IMG/VR virus record: IMGVR_UViG_3300025872_000066
Location: 1-56,830 of that record
Length of the DNA: 56,830 nt
Strand: one strand, 5' to 3'
Source of the DNA: a virus
Taxonomy: Duplodnaviria > Caudoviricetes
Shown here: positions 19,090 through 27,057 of the stretch, piece by piece
Position numbering within the stretch: position 1 is the first letter of the stretch
Layout: each line of letters begins with the position of its first letter
Made by a program: the position numbers and the translations under genes
The notes under the pieces: generated by a model
Database searches by the model: none
The model's input: only the letters and a program-made list of their open reading frames with translations
What the model was told of the DNA's origin: nothing

Positions 19090-19302
19090 TCAAACCTGCC
19101 GCATGGTACGGGTGATCACCTGCCCGTTATCCGCAGTGTACCGGGCGTGGAGCGTCGTTCCACGGCGGCGGCCGACAACCTGCCAGCGGGCTGCCGTCAC
19201 TCGGACGGCGGCGTCGATGTTCATCACCCGATGGCGGTGCATGTCAGTGACCACCCGGCCGCGAGGGCCGCGGTAATCGGCGGTGAGTTCAACTGTCCAC
19301 AT
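19090..19302 (-). CDS. small hypothetical protein
   Basis: ATG 19302 with AGGAG RBS; 70 aa MWTVELTADY... Confidence 0.65.
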   Translation of the reverse strand: MWTVELTADYRGPRGRVVTDMHRHRVMNIDAAVRVTAARWQVVGRRRGTTLHARYTADNGQVITRTMRQV

Positions 19303-19379
19303 AGGGCAGTCTCCTGGATGGGGAAGGAATGAAGCCGGAGCCGCCCCCGTGCGGCGTGGCACGGGGGCGGGTGCCGGAC

Positions 19380-19583
19380 TCACGCCTTGACGAAGGCGGT
19401 GAGGCCGACCTTGACAACCTGCCCGTCGACCGTGATCGGCGTCGGCTGGTTGCCGTGGGTGCTGGCGACGATCTTCGTCTTCCCGGTGGACGAGAGCGGC
19501 GGGTTCGCGTTCACCGGGATTCGGACGACCAGCGTCGCGGGCTGCGTCTTGGTGGCGGGTTCCAGGGTGTAGGTGGCGGACAT
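19380..19583 (-). CDS. small conserved protein (S.[ST]GKT..VAST.GN motif)
   Basis: 67 aa, PLSSTGKTKIVASTHGN; GGAG RBS. Confidence 0.75.
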   Translation of the reverse strand: MSATYTLEPATKTQPATLVVRIPVNANPPLSSTGKTKIVASTHGNQPTPITVDGQVVKVGLTAFVKA

Positions 19584-19801
19584 GGTAGGGCTCCGTTGGT
19601 TGCCCGGGTCGCTGGGCGGCGGGCGGGCCGTTCGTCGGCTCGCCACCTACTAGCCGGGACCGGGGCCGCGAGATTTTCCGGTTTTTTGGCGGCGCCGGTC
19701 CCGGCTTATTAAGTCGGCGGTTCGCGCCGCCGTCGCGGCCGGTTTTCCGGCCGTTTTCCCCTGGTTTTCCCGCTGAAAACAGGGGTTTTCCCAGTGTAGA
19801 C

Positions 19802-19838
19802 TGTACGGCTGTTCACCTCCCCGGTGGACGGCCGTACA
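19802..19838. promoter_or_regulatory. tandem palindromic operator-like boxes in the divergent control region
   Basis: TGTAC-GGCT-GTTCA (19802-19815) and TGGAC-GGCC-GTACA (19825-19838). Confidence 0.55.
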
Positions 19839-19893
19839 CCACCGCCGGCTCCCCGCCGGCCGGTGACGGGTGCGGGCAGCGATGGGGCTGCCT

Positions 19894-19941
19894 GGACCGT
19901 GCGGACAGCGGTGTTGCTCACAGGACCGTGCGGACAGCGGT
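19894..19941 (+). repeat. 19-bp perfect direct repeat, two copies
   Basis: GGACCGTGCGGACAGCGGT at 19894-19912 and 19923-19941. Confidence 0.9.
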
Positions 19942-19962
19942 CACACCACAACGGAGAGTGTC

Positions 19963-20847
19963 ATGGCTTACAAAATTGCGACAATCCTGCAGGACGGTGA
20001 CAACAATGCGAAGATCCGACACCATGGAGATGAGTACAAGGTCTATGGGATCTCCCTGGCATCGTCTGACTCCTCTGGGTTCAACTCCTGCCCACGGGCT
20101 CTGAGGCGGTCTGTCCTGCAGGAGATGCTGGACAATGGGATGGATATCCAGGAGATCGGGCAGTGGGCCAATCGCAGGGGGCTCTCCCTGTGTTCTGGCC
20201 CCTGTGTGACCTGGGAGGCAGGCCACGGGCAGTCGGACTTCGTCAGGGATGCACGCATCAACCTGACCAAGTGGCTGTATGAGAACCCCAGGTCATTCGG
20301 AGCCTACCTCCGGCGTGACATGGACCGGGTGGAGCGGAACCGCGGTGACTACATCGTCGCTGCCCGCACCAACATCGACAGTGACGTCAACTGGCTGTCA
20401 CTGTTTCCCTGGATGTACGACTACAACTGGCGGTTCTGGGACTACACCAAATGCTCTGAGCGTCTGGGCAAGACCCCCAGTAACTATCACCTGACCTACA
20501 GTTACAACGACGGCACACAGGCCAAGGACTGGGAGCGTGTGTATCGCACCAAGTCCAACGTGGCAGTGGTGTTTGACACCGTGTGGAACCCGTGGGGTAG
20601 CGAGTTTGGCTACCTCCCCGCCACCTGGACTGACCCCAACGGGAAGGTCTGGCCTGTGGTGGACGGTGACCGGCTGGAACTGCGGTTCCTGGACCCGGTG
20701 GATGTGTGTGTCGGCCTGCGGCTGAAGGCTGCCGGCGACAAGCGTGAAGATGCGTGCGAGTCGGAGTTTGCAGTGCCGACCGGCATTGACCAGGTGGGGA
20801 ACGTACACCCCGCCGATGCTGAGCCCGGCCACTACCTGGCAGCGTGA
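19963..20847 (+). CDS. GP88-like phage protein
   Basis: ATG 19963 after GGAG. CP...C...C, R.N.DSD..W, FWDYTK, NYHLTYS, NVAVVF, VDGD...RFLDP...VGLRLK. Confidence 0.75.
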   Translation: MAYKIATILQDGDNNAKIRHHGDEYKVYGISLASSDSSGFNSCPRALRRSVLQEMLDNGMDIQEIGQWANRRGLSLCSGPCVTWEAGHGQSDFVRDARINLTKWLYENPRSFGAYLRRDMDRVERNRGDYIVAARTNIDSDVNWLSLFPWMYDYNWRFWDYTKCSERLGKTPSNYHLTYSYNDGTQAKDWERVYRTKSNVAVVFDTVWNPWGSEFGYLPATWTDPNGKVWPVVDGDRLELRFLDPVDVCVGLRLKAAGDKREDACESEFAVPTGIDQVGNVHPADAEPGHYLAA

Positions 20848-20855
20848 GGTGTGAC

Positions 20856-21110
20856 ATGGAGAAACAGTATCGCTACACGGCGTCGATTCCGGTGCGGCCT
20901 CGCGGCTCCATTGGTGCGTTCTACACCACGGAGTTTCCTGTCGTCCTGCCGGATGTGCGAGCCACCGCCGGGCAGGTGTTCGACAAGTGGCACGCCATGG
21001 CAGGCGATGTGTTTGAGCCCGGCGCGATTGTTCGCATCAACGGCGAGTTCACGCAGGGCATGGGCGTTGACTACGGGTTTTCTGGCGAGGAGACGGCCGA
21101 TGGACTTTGA
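20856..21110 (+). CDS. hypothetical early protein
   Basis: ATG 20856 after GAGG; tightly packed. Confidence 0.7.
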   Translation: MEKQYRYTASIPVRPRGSIGAFYTTEFPVVLPDVRATAGQVFDKWHAMAGDVFEPGAIVRINGEFTQGMGVDYGFSGEETADGL

Positions 21111-21336
21111 CTACATGCAATCCCTGGAGCGTGTGCCGGACTATGAACTGCGTTTCATCCGGCCTGACGAGAAGGGCTATGTCAGCCAGTGCTGGCATGC
21201 CTCCCGTGCATACGGGCAGAGCCGCAGTGAGCGGCTGGCCTATGTGGTGCGGCAGTTTGTGAGGAAGTATCCCCAGTACGACGGCCGTACTGCGGGCGTT
21301 TACAAGGACGTCTGTGGCATCTTGGAGAACGTGTAA
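21100..21336 (+). CDS. hypothetical early protein
   Basis: ATG 21100 after GAGGAG; TAATG coupling to the next gene. Confidence 0.7.
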   Translation: MDFDYMQSLERVPDYELRFIRPDEKGYVSQCWHASRAYGQSRSERLAYVVRQFVRKYPQYDGRTAGVYKDVCGILENV

Positions 21337-21806
21337 TGGGCACGCGAAGCGGCATCGGTCTGGTGGATCGCAACGAGCAGGGCAAGGTCACCCGCGTCCG
21401 CGGCATCTACTGCCACTGGGACGGCTACCTGGAGCATAACGGCGTCATTCTTGCGGGCAGTTACCGCTGCCCCGAGAAGATCAACGCCCTCCTGGACCTG
21501 GGAGACATCTCGGCCCTACGCAACGAGGTAGGCGAGAAGCATGACTTTGAAACCTACGGGGACGATTCCCCGCAGCGCGTCAACAACTGGACCACAGCCT
21601 ACGGCAGGGATCGCGGCGATAAGGACACAGAAGCCCGTGTGTTCACTGGGGCTCGGGCTGTTTCGCAGTTCGGGAAGGCGCTTGCTGCCTCATGGGCGGA
21701 GTATCTGTACCTGTTTGACAAAGGGCGGTGGATGTGGTGCCAACCTGGCGACACTGCCTGGAAGGTTCTTGGCTCGGAGTTTGCAAGCCCACAGGAGGTT
21801 GCGTGA
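21336..21806 (+). CDS. conserved phage early protein (MxTRS...IYCHWDGY family)
   Basis: IYCHWDGY, LLDLGDIS, AYGRDRG, EYLYLF motifs. Confidence 0.8.
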   Translation: MGTRSGIGLVDRNEQGKVTRVRGIYCHWDGYLEHNGVILAGSYRCPEKINALLDLGDISALRNEVGEKHDFETYGDDSPQRVNNWTTAYGRDRGDKDTEARVFTGARAVSQFGKALAASWAEYLYLFDKGRWMWCQPGDTAWKVLGSEFASPQEVA

Positions 21807-22444
21807 TGCACATGCCCAAGGCCATTGCAGCCCTGCCCAAATGGACCGATGACGAGCAGAGCCGGTATCAGCTGGAGTGCGTACGCCTCCGGCGGGAAGC
21901 CGGGACGGTGTTTGCCGAGGCCACGGACGGGCGGCGCCTGTGCCGCCTGACCTGGCAGGGCGAAGGACCGGACGGCGAGTACCGCCTGCCGGCCAAGACC
22001 CTGTCCAAGACCCTGAAAACTGTCGGCGTGCAGGATGGCGGCTACTCCGCCAGCCTGAACGGTGTGGTCACGCTGTACGGCAAGAACTGCGGGCACACCG
22101 TGCCCTCAGAGAGTGTCGATCACAAGTGGCCCAAGACTGAGGATGTGCTGTACCCGCCGGGCACGGCCAAGTGTGCCGACGTCAACGTCCGCGACCTGCG
22201 TGAGCAGGCCCGGGCAGCGATCAAGGCACAGCCCAAGGTGCATCAGTTGTTCATGGACCTGGAACTGGCGGGCGTCAAGACGCGGCTGGACGCCCGCTTC
22301 GTCCGGGACATGGCCGAGACTGCCATCCAGTGTGGATACGAACAGGTGCAGGTGTCAGCGACTGACCGACAGAGTGCCGTGCATTTCTGTGCCTTTACCG
22401 ATGTGAAGTTTGAAGCCGTGATCATGCCCCTGGCCGCCGACTGA
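21806..22444 (+). CDS. DNA polymerase III beta-clamp-like protein (truncated DnaN-like)
   Basis: SRYQL, ATDGRRL, WP....V, C-terminal AVIMPL; only 212 aa. Confidence 0.65.
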   Translation: MHMPKAIAALPKWTDDEQSRYQLECVRLRREAGTVFAEATDGRRLCRLTWQGEGPDGEYRLPAKTLSKTLKTVGVQDGGYSASLNGVVTLYGKNCGHTVPSESVDHKWPKTEDVLYPPGTAKCADVNVRDLREQARAAIKAQPKVHQLFMDLELAGVKTRLDARFVRDMAETAIQCGYEQVQVSATDRQSAVHFCAFTDVKFEAVIMPLAAD

Positions 22445-22456
22445 GGAGGAACCAAG

Positions 22457-22936
22457 ATGATTCGCCGCCTTTACAACCGACTGACAAATCGCTTCAAGGA
22501 CTACGTCCGCCAGACCGTGTCCGACGCCATTAACGATGTGTTCCCTGCCGACCCGACAGTGCTTGTCGATACCATGGAAGTTGCACGCCGCGTGCAGTTG
22601 CAGATGGACATCGACCCGATTGCTGAACGGGTGGTGGACCTGGTCAAGCAGACCGACCATGCCATTGAGTACGAGACGCTGGCTGAGTGCATCAGCATCG
22701 AAGACCTGGCCAAGCAGTTCGACATTGCTGACCTGGCCGGAGAGGTTGATCACCAGGAGATCGCTAGTGCGTTGGATACGTCCGACATCGCCAGCGAGAT
22801 CAGCGTGTCTGACTTGGCCGGCGAGTTGGACCTGGAGGATATCGCGGGGCACATCGACATCGATTCGGTAGCCGACGCCATCGACTACCGCAAACTGGCG
22901 ATTGCCCTGATTCACGCTGCGAGGGAGGGAGTCTGA
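22457..22936 (+). CDS. acidic protein with tandem 9-aa repeats
   Basis: GAGGAGG RBS; nine [IFVL][DSE]xx[DEST][LIV]Axx-like units. Confidence 0.85.
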   Translation: MIRRLYNRLTNRFKDYVRQTVSDAINDVFPADPTVLVDTMEVARRVQLQMDIDPIAERVVDLVKQTDHAIEYETLAECISIEDLAKQFDIADLAGEVDHQEIASALDTSDIASEISVSDLAGELDLEDIAGHIDIDSVADAIDYRKLAIALIHAAREGV

Positions 22937-22938
22937 CG

Positions 22939-23247
22939 ATGGACGAGTCCAATCTGCGGGAAACCATGGACCGCCTGCCACCACTTGCCATGGTGCAGCG
23001 GGACACGGCGGAGTGGGACTACATGTGGGAGCGACTGGCCGCCTGCCCCATCAACCAGGGGATGGAGAGCCCGACATCCTGCTACAATCCCGAGTTCAAC
23101 GAGGTGTGGCAGTACATGGGCTCCTCCATGCATGACGGCTGGTGGACGCATGGGTTCCGGCACCGGGCGCATCCGGGCAGCAAACTGCGGGAGTGCGTTA
23201 ACATCCCCGCTACGCTGTCCTTCATGCGTGAGGTTGTGGTAGAATAG
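22939..23247 (+). CDS. hypothetical protein (WQYMGS...H.FRHR.HP motif)
   Basis: 102 aa, GGGAG RBS. Confidence 0.75.
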   Translation: MDESNLRETMDRLPPLAMVQRDTAEWDYMWERLAACPINQGMESPTSCYNPEFNEVWQYMGSSMHDGWWTHGFRHRAHPGSKLRECVNIPATLSFMREVVVE

Positions 23248-23279
23248 GGTTGGTGTCGGCGCAAGCCGGCTCCGTTGGG

Positions 23280-23325
23280 CCCCTGCCGGGGAAAGTTGTC
23301 AGCTAGTACCCGGCAGGGGTTTTTT
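23280..23325 (+). terminator. rho-independent terminator
   Basis: CCCCTGCCGGG/CCCGGCAGGGG stem followed by T6. Confidence 0.8.
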
Positions 23326-23359
23326 CATACACGTTTCAACAGGTGTACGGAGGTACAGT

Positions 23360-23533
23360 ATGGATGTGGTTGTGGTTTTTAAGTTCCCTGACATCCCAGA
23401 TCCGGGCAGCGCCGAGGCCGACAGTGCCATCGAAAGCCTGACTCTGGACCTGAAGAAGGCCGGAATCGACTGCGAAGAGTGGTTCATTGAAGATGCCATT
23501 GGCGATGCGCAGCAAGGAGGAACCCATGGATAG
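23360..23533 (+). CDS. small acidic hypothetical protein
   Basis: 57 aa MDVVVVFKFPDIP... after GGAGG; below the ORF-track cutoff. Confidence 0.6.
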   Translation: MDVVVVFKFPDIPDPGSAEADSAIESLTLDLKKAGIDCEEWFIEDAIGDAQQGGTHG

Positions 23534-23783
23534 GATTCACACACTGAACGCTCGCGGCAGGCTGGCGGAGTACGTCGCTACGTGCGACGAGGCCGAGGTT
23601 GCCTTGCTGTACGCCGTCGCCATGGCCCGCGAGCCAGTGGAGATCACAGACAACGTCAGCGAGTCATGGACATACCATCTGCCGGCTGGGCAGCGGGCTC
23701 GCCTTGCCATGTCCATGCGGATGTGGGCAGCGTGGGAGACTCTCAAGCAGGAGGCTAGCATTGAAGACCATCGTTCACGTTAA
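23526..23783 (+). CDS. hypothetical protein
   Basis: ATG 23526 after AGGAGG. Confidence 0.65.
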   Translation: MDRIHTLNARGRLAEYVATCDEAEVALLYAVAMAREPVEITDNVSESWTYHLPAGQRARLAMSMRMWAAWETLKQEASIEDHRSR

Positions 23784-23979
23784 CCAGCACATCATCCGCC
23801 GGAACACCAAGACCGGGGAGCGTGAGCCAGTGCTGACAGTCAAGACCTATAAGGACAACCAGTACGGACACGCCGTGCGGATTAATGGACCTTGTGTTGT
23901 GCGATACGAGCCGGATGCCCCGCTCTCCTGCGGTGCCCGGGTGTGGATCGAAACCGATAGCAATGTGGAGGTGGAGTGA
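23761..23979 (+). CDS. conserved small phage protein (IHVNQH...LSCGARVWIET family)
   Basis: TTG start after GGAGG; KTIVHVNQH, PLSCGARVWIET. Confidence 0.75.
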   Translation: MKTIVHVNQHIIRRNTKTGEREPVLTVKTYKDNQYGHAVRINGPCVVRYEPDAPLSCGARVWIETDSNVEVE

Positions 23980-24182
23980 TGAGTTACGACGGCAACGCGG
24001 AGTACGACAAGCACACGCCGCAACTGGCGAAGTTGCTGATCACTGCCGAGAGGAGGCATGCCCTGCTGGCACGGCTGAACGCGGCGTGCGTGGAGGTTCT
24101 TGACTGGGCCTACGCCCAGGATGAAGAGCGTCGGCCCGAGTGGGTGGAGCGACTGGAGCGTGTGATGGAGGAGCGTCCATGA
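23979..24182 (+). CDS. hypothetical protein
   Basis: Stop/start coupled small ORF. Confidence 0.65.
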   Translation: MSYDGNAEYDKHTPQLAKLLITAERRHALLARLNAACVEVLDWAYAQDEERRPEWVERLERVMEERP

Positions 24183-24340
24183 GCCGTGGTGAGTGGGAAT
24201 ACTGCGTGGTGACTGGCACTCCAGCCGAAGGGTTTGAGGTGACAGGGCCGTTCAATAGCCATGACGAGGCGAACGAGTGGGCCAGCGAACTGGCTGATGC
24301 GTGGTGGGTCATGCACCTGTTACCCCCGGAGGCTGAGTGA
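24179..24340 (+). CDS. hypothetical protein
   Basis: ATGA overlap, GGAGGAG RBS; 53 aa. Confidence 0.65.
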   Translation: MSRGEWEYCVVTGTPAEGFEVTGPFNSHDEANEWASELADAWWVMHLLPPEAE

Positions 24341-24570
24341 TGCCTGACGTCACACAAGACAAGATTCTGAATGCCTCCCTGGATGTGGTGAAGTCCATGT
24401 CCAAGGAGATTCGCTGGCTGAAGAAGCAGGTGCGCGACCTGCTGGAGGTGGCGGACAACTGCCACTACGCCTACGCCCGCGGCGACTGGGACATCCTAGA
24501 GGCGGCAGACAGAGGGGCAGTGCGACTGCTGAAGCGGCACAAGATGTTCAACAAGGAGTACGACGAATGA
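24340..24570 (+). CDS. hypothetical protein
   Basis: Coupled small ORF. Confidence 0.65.
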   Translation: MPDVTQDKILNASLDVVKSMSKEIRWLKKQVRDLLEVADNCHYAYARGDWDILEAADRGAVRLLKRHKMFNKEYDE

Positions 24571-24779
24571 CCATGCGATTCAAGGAACTCCCCAAGCGGG
24601 AGCATGACAAACTGGTCCGCGACTACTGGAAGACCTGGCTCTCGGCCTGGAACTTCCGGGTGCGTGACAAGGCGGCGCTGGATGCTTTCGTCACCGAAAT
24701 GGAGTCCCGCGTAATGGACTTCTGCCTGGGTGGCGGCATGGAGATGGACGGCGTGACAAATCAGGAGTGGGACGAGTGA
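24567..24779 (+). CDS. hypothetical protein
   Basis: ATGA overlap, AAGGAG RBS. Confidence 0.65.
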   Translation: MTMRFKELPKREHDKLVRDYWKTWLSAWNFRVRDKAALDAFVTEMESRVMDFCLGGGMEMDGVTNQEWDE

Positions 24780-24928
24780 CCCGCATCCGCATCAACGCCC
24801 GGCCCATCTGGGGGATAGGCAAGGGGCACAACGCACACCGGAGCGGTTCCGGTGTGCATCTGGATAAGCGATCACGGCGATCCCGTACCCGTGGTGCGCA
24901 AGTGAGGCGGGCAGTGGAGGATCAGTGA
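24776..24928 (+). CDS. small Arg/His/Gly-rich basic peptide
   Basis: 50 aa MTRIRINARPIWGIGKGHNAHRSGSGVHLDKRSRRSRTRGAQVRRAVEDQ; GTGA and TGATG coupling on both sides; absent from the ORF track. Confidence 0.65.
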   Translation: MTRIRINARPIWGIGKGHNAHRSGSGVHLDKRSRRSRTRGAQVRRAVEDQ

Positions 24929-25188
24929 TGGGCTACTACTACGTGACCCTGGATGTGGTGATGCGGGACTGCGACAGCCCGGTCGATGCCGTCCGGCAGA
25001 TGGCACGGCTGCTGCCACAGCACCCCGACGAAACCACCCAGCACATGGAGTCCTGGAGCGTAGAAGTCTTGCGGTCCCCGAAAGGCGAACACTACTACCA
25101 TCGCCGCAGCGAAGAGGCAGAGAAGCGGCTGGAGATCCTGCTGGACATGGCCGAAAACCCCGCAGACTACGGAGCGCCAAACGAATGA
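24928..25188 (+). CDS. hypothetical protein
   Basis: GGAGG RBS, coupled. Confidence 0.65.
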   Translation: MGYYYVTLDVVMRDCDSPVDAVRQMARLLPQHPDETTQHMESWSVEVLRSPKGEHYYHRRSEEAEKRLEILLDMAENPADYGAPNE

Positions 25189-25364
25189 CCAGACCCTGCC
25201 CGTGCGGCTCCGGCGAGCCGTCCCACATAGAGTACGACGCCCGTGGCATCCCGCTCACCCGGGTCTGCCGCGTCTGCCGTGCCGAGAAGTTTGCCCGCTA
25301 CCGCCCGGAGGTGCTGACCAACTCGCAGTATGAGTGCGATGAACCAATAGAGGAGGACTACTGA
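25185..25364 (+). CDS. small Zn-binding protein (CPCGSG...CxxC)
   Basis: 59 aa MTRPCPCGSGEPSHIEYDARGIPLTRVCRVC...; coupled on both sides; absent from the ORF track. Confidence 0.7.
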   Translation: MTRPCPCGSGEPSHIEYDARGIPLTRVCRVCRAEKFARYRPEVLTNSQYECDEPIEEDY

Positions 25365-25579
25365 TGCTGACTGGCGACAAGAGACTGGCGAAGCACGGCA
25401 TGCAAGCGTGCCAGCGATTCGCCACAGACGATGAGATCACCAACGACCTGGGCGCAGTGATGGAGACGTTGGTTGTCAGCATCATGCACCTGTGCGACCA
25501 GAATGGTAACGATCCCTACGAGTTCATGCGGAACTGCAACCAGCGGTTCTACGAAACCCTTGTGGAGGAGGACGACTGA
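25364..25579 (+). CDS. hypothetical protein
   Basis: GAGGAGG RBS, coupled. Confidence 0.65.
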   Translation: MLTGDKRLAKHGMQACQRFATDDEITNDLGAVMETLVVSIMHLCDQNGNDPYEFMRNCNQRFYETLVEEDD

Positions 25580-25845
25580 TGCCCAACAACCCCAATGCAA
25601 CCGCCGCCATCATCGGATACGGCACGGTTCCCAATACGGTCTGCGTGCATGGCGTGGACTGGCCGATGCTGCGATCCCAGAAAGCGGCCCTGGTGTTTGC
25701 CCTCTGGCATGACCAGGCGCATCCTGGCTGGGGCATCATCTCCCTGCTGGAGTACATGCAGGAGCAGGCCGTGGAGGCGGGCGTTCCGCGGGCTGAGGTG
25801 TACGGCGAAGAGCCGGACGATCCATCCGAGGACATCGACGCATGA
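25579..25845 (+). CDS. hypothetical protein (DW..LR.QK motif)
   Basis: GGAGGAGG RBS, coupled. Confidence 0.65.
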   Translation: MPNNPNATAAIIGYGTVPNTVCVHGVDWPMLRSQKAALVFALWHDQAHPGWGIISLLEYMQEQAVEAGVPRAEVYGEEPDDPSEDIDA

Positions 25846-25858
25846 AGCAGGGACGGTG

Positions 25859-26065
25859 GTGAGCAAGAAGCAGAAGCCTAAGACATGCCCATGGGGGCAG
25901 CATCAGTGGCGCGACCGGGACTCAGCCCGGCGTGCCGGGTGGATAGCGACAGACTGCCGTGCGTGCGGTAAGTTTCTGGGTCGCAGGCCTGGCGATGAGT
26001 TTCCTATGTACGAACCTGGGCAGCGTGGCCCAGGTGGAACCTGGAGGGACGATGCCATTCAGTGA
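25859..26065 (+). CDS. small hypothetical protein with CxxCG
   Basis: GTG 25859, MSKKQKPKTCPWG...DCRACGKFLG. Confidence 0.5.
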   Translation: MSKKQKPKTCPWGQHQWRDRDSARRAGWIATDCRACGKFLGRRPGDEFPMYEPGQRGPGGTWRDDAIQ

Positions 26066-26285
26066 CAGTGAATACCCCAGCATCCTGCGGGGGAGAGACA
26101 AGCGTGAGAGCCAGCGGTTGATGGCGGCGGCGCCGAATCTGGTAGATGCCCTAGCTGCTGCAAGTCATGAGCTGTGGCAATGCTCTGTCATGCTCCGTCA
26201 GCACGGGATTGAACCATGGCCTGAGACAATGGACGCCATGCGGGGTGCGGATATTGCCATAGCCAAAGCAGAAGGGAGGGAGTGA
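26052..26285 (+). CDS. hypothetical protein (RL.AAAP.L motif)
   Basis: ATG 26052 after GGAGG; RLMAAAPNL...AIAKAEG. Confidence 0.7.
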   Translation: MPFSDSEYPSILRGRDKRESQRLMAAAPNLVDALAAASHELWQCSVMLRQHGIEPWPETMDAMRGADIAIAKAEGRE

Positions 26286-26557
26286 TGCCTAAGAAGATCA
26301 AACTGAGGTACATCGAAGACCCTGGCCACGGCTGGGCGGAAGTCCCGTCCACTCTGGCCAAGGCTATCGGAATCGGCACAGACTTCACGTACCGCAATGA
26401 CATGCTGTACCTGGAGGAGGATGCTGAGATGACTGAGCTGGACGAGGCCCTGAAGAAGCACGGCTACGATCCGACGTACGTGGAGTGCTACGTGGATGAC
26501 TTCGATGCCTGGCTGGATGGCACCGAGTGGCCCACCATCCCCAAGGAGGTGAAGTGA
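26285..26557 (+). CDS. conserved hypothetical protein (DPGHGW...YLEED motif)
   Basis: EDPGHGWAEVP, LYLEED. Confidence 0.75.
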   Translation: MPKKIKLRYIEDPGHGWAEVPSTLAKAIGIGTDFTYRNDMLYLEEDAEMTELDEALKKHGYDPTYVECYVDDFDAWLDGTEWPTIPKEVK

Positions 26558-26781
26558 TGGCCGGCTGGAAGGAAACTGTGGAGTGCTACATGGGACCTGA
26601 GTACACGTATCGCATTGAGGAAGTGCAGGACGGCGGCCGGACGGTCTATCAGGTGCATGGCCGCACATCCGCGACCGGCTACACGTGGCTGGTTGGGGAG
26701 TTCAACACGCGGGGTGAGGCCCGTGATGCGATAGTGGCACAGAATCAGCGGCGTGCCAAAGGGCTGTCCGAGGACAAGTGA
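26557..26781 (+). CDS. hypothetical protein
   Basis: AAGGAGG RBS, coupled. Confidence 0.65.
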   Translation: MAGWKETVECYMGPEYTYRIEEVQDGGRTVYQVHGRTSATGYTWLVGEFNTRGEARDAIVAQNQRRAKGLSEDK

Positions 26782-26966
26782 AGCCACGCCTGACCGACAA
26801 GGTGCGGCATGGCCTGTGGCTGATCGTTGCCAGGTCCGCCACGCTGTGGTCTGCGGAACAGACCGCCGCCGGGTTTGACCGGGATGAGAGAGAGGCCATC
26901 CTGGCTGCGGGCAGGTACGCCGAGGCCCACTGGAAACCCAAGGAGACTTTCGTTGAATCCGACTGA
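26778..26966 (+). CDS. hypothetical protein
   Basis: GTGA overlap. Confidence 0.6.
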   Translation: MKPRLTDKVRHGLWLIVARSATLWSAEQTAAGFDRDEREAILAAGRYAEAHWKPKETFVESD

Positions 26967-27008
26967 CTGACTTACTACTGTACGCATGTACGGTACTGAC
27001 GCGGTTTG

Positions 27009-27044
27009 CCCCGCCAGCAGCGTGCTGACGGGGTTTTCTTTTTT
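27009..27044 (+). terminator. rho-independent terminator
   Basis: CCCCGCCAGCA/TGCTGACGGGG imperfect stem followed by TTTTCTTTTTT. Confidence 0.7.
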
Positions 27045-27057
27045 CTAGGAGGTGCCC

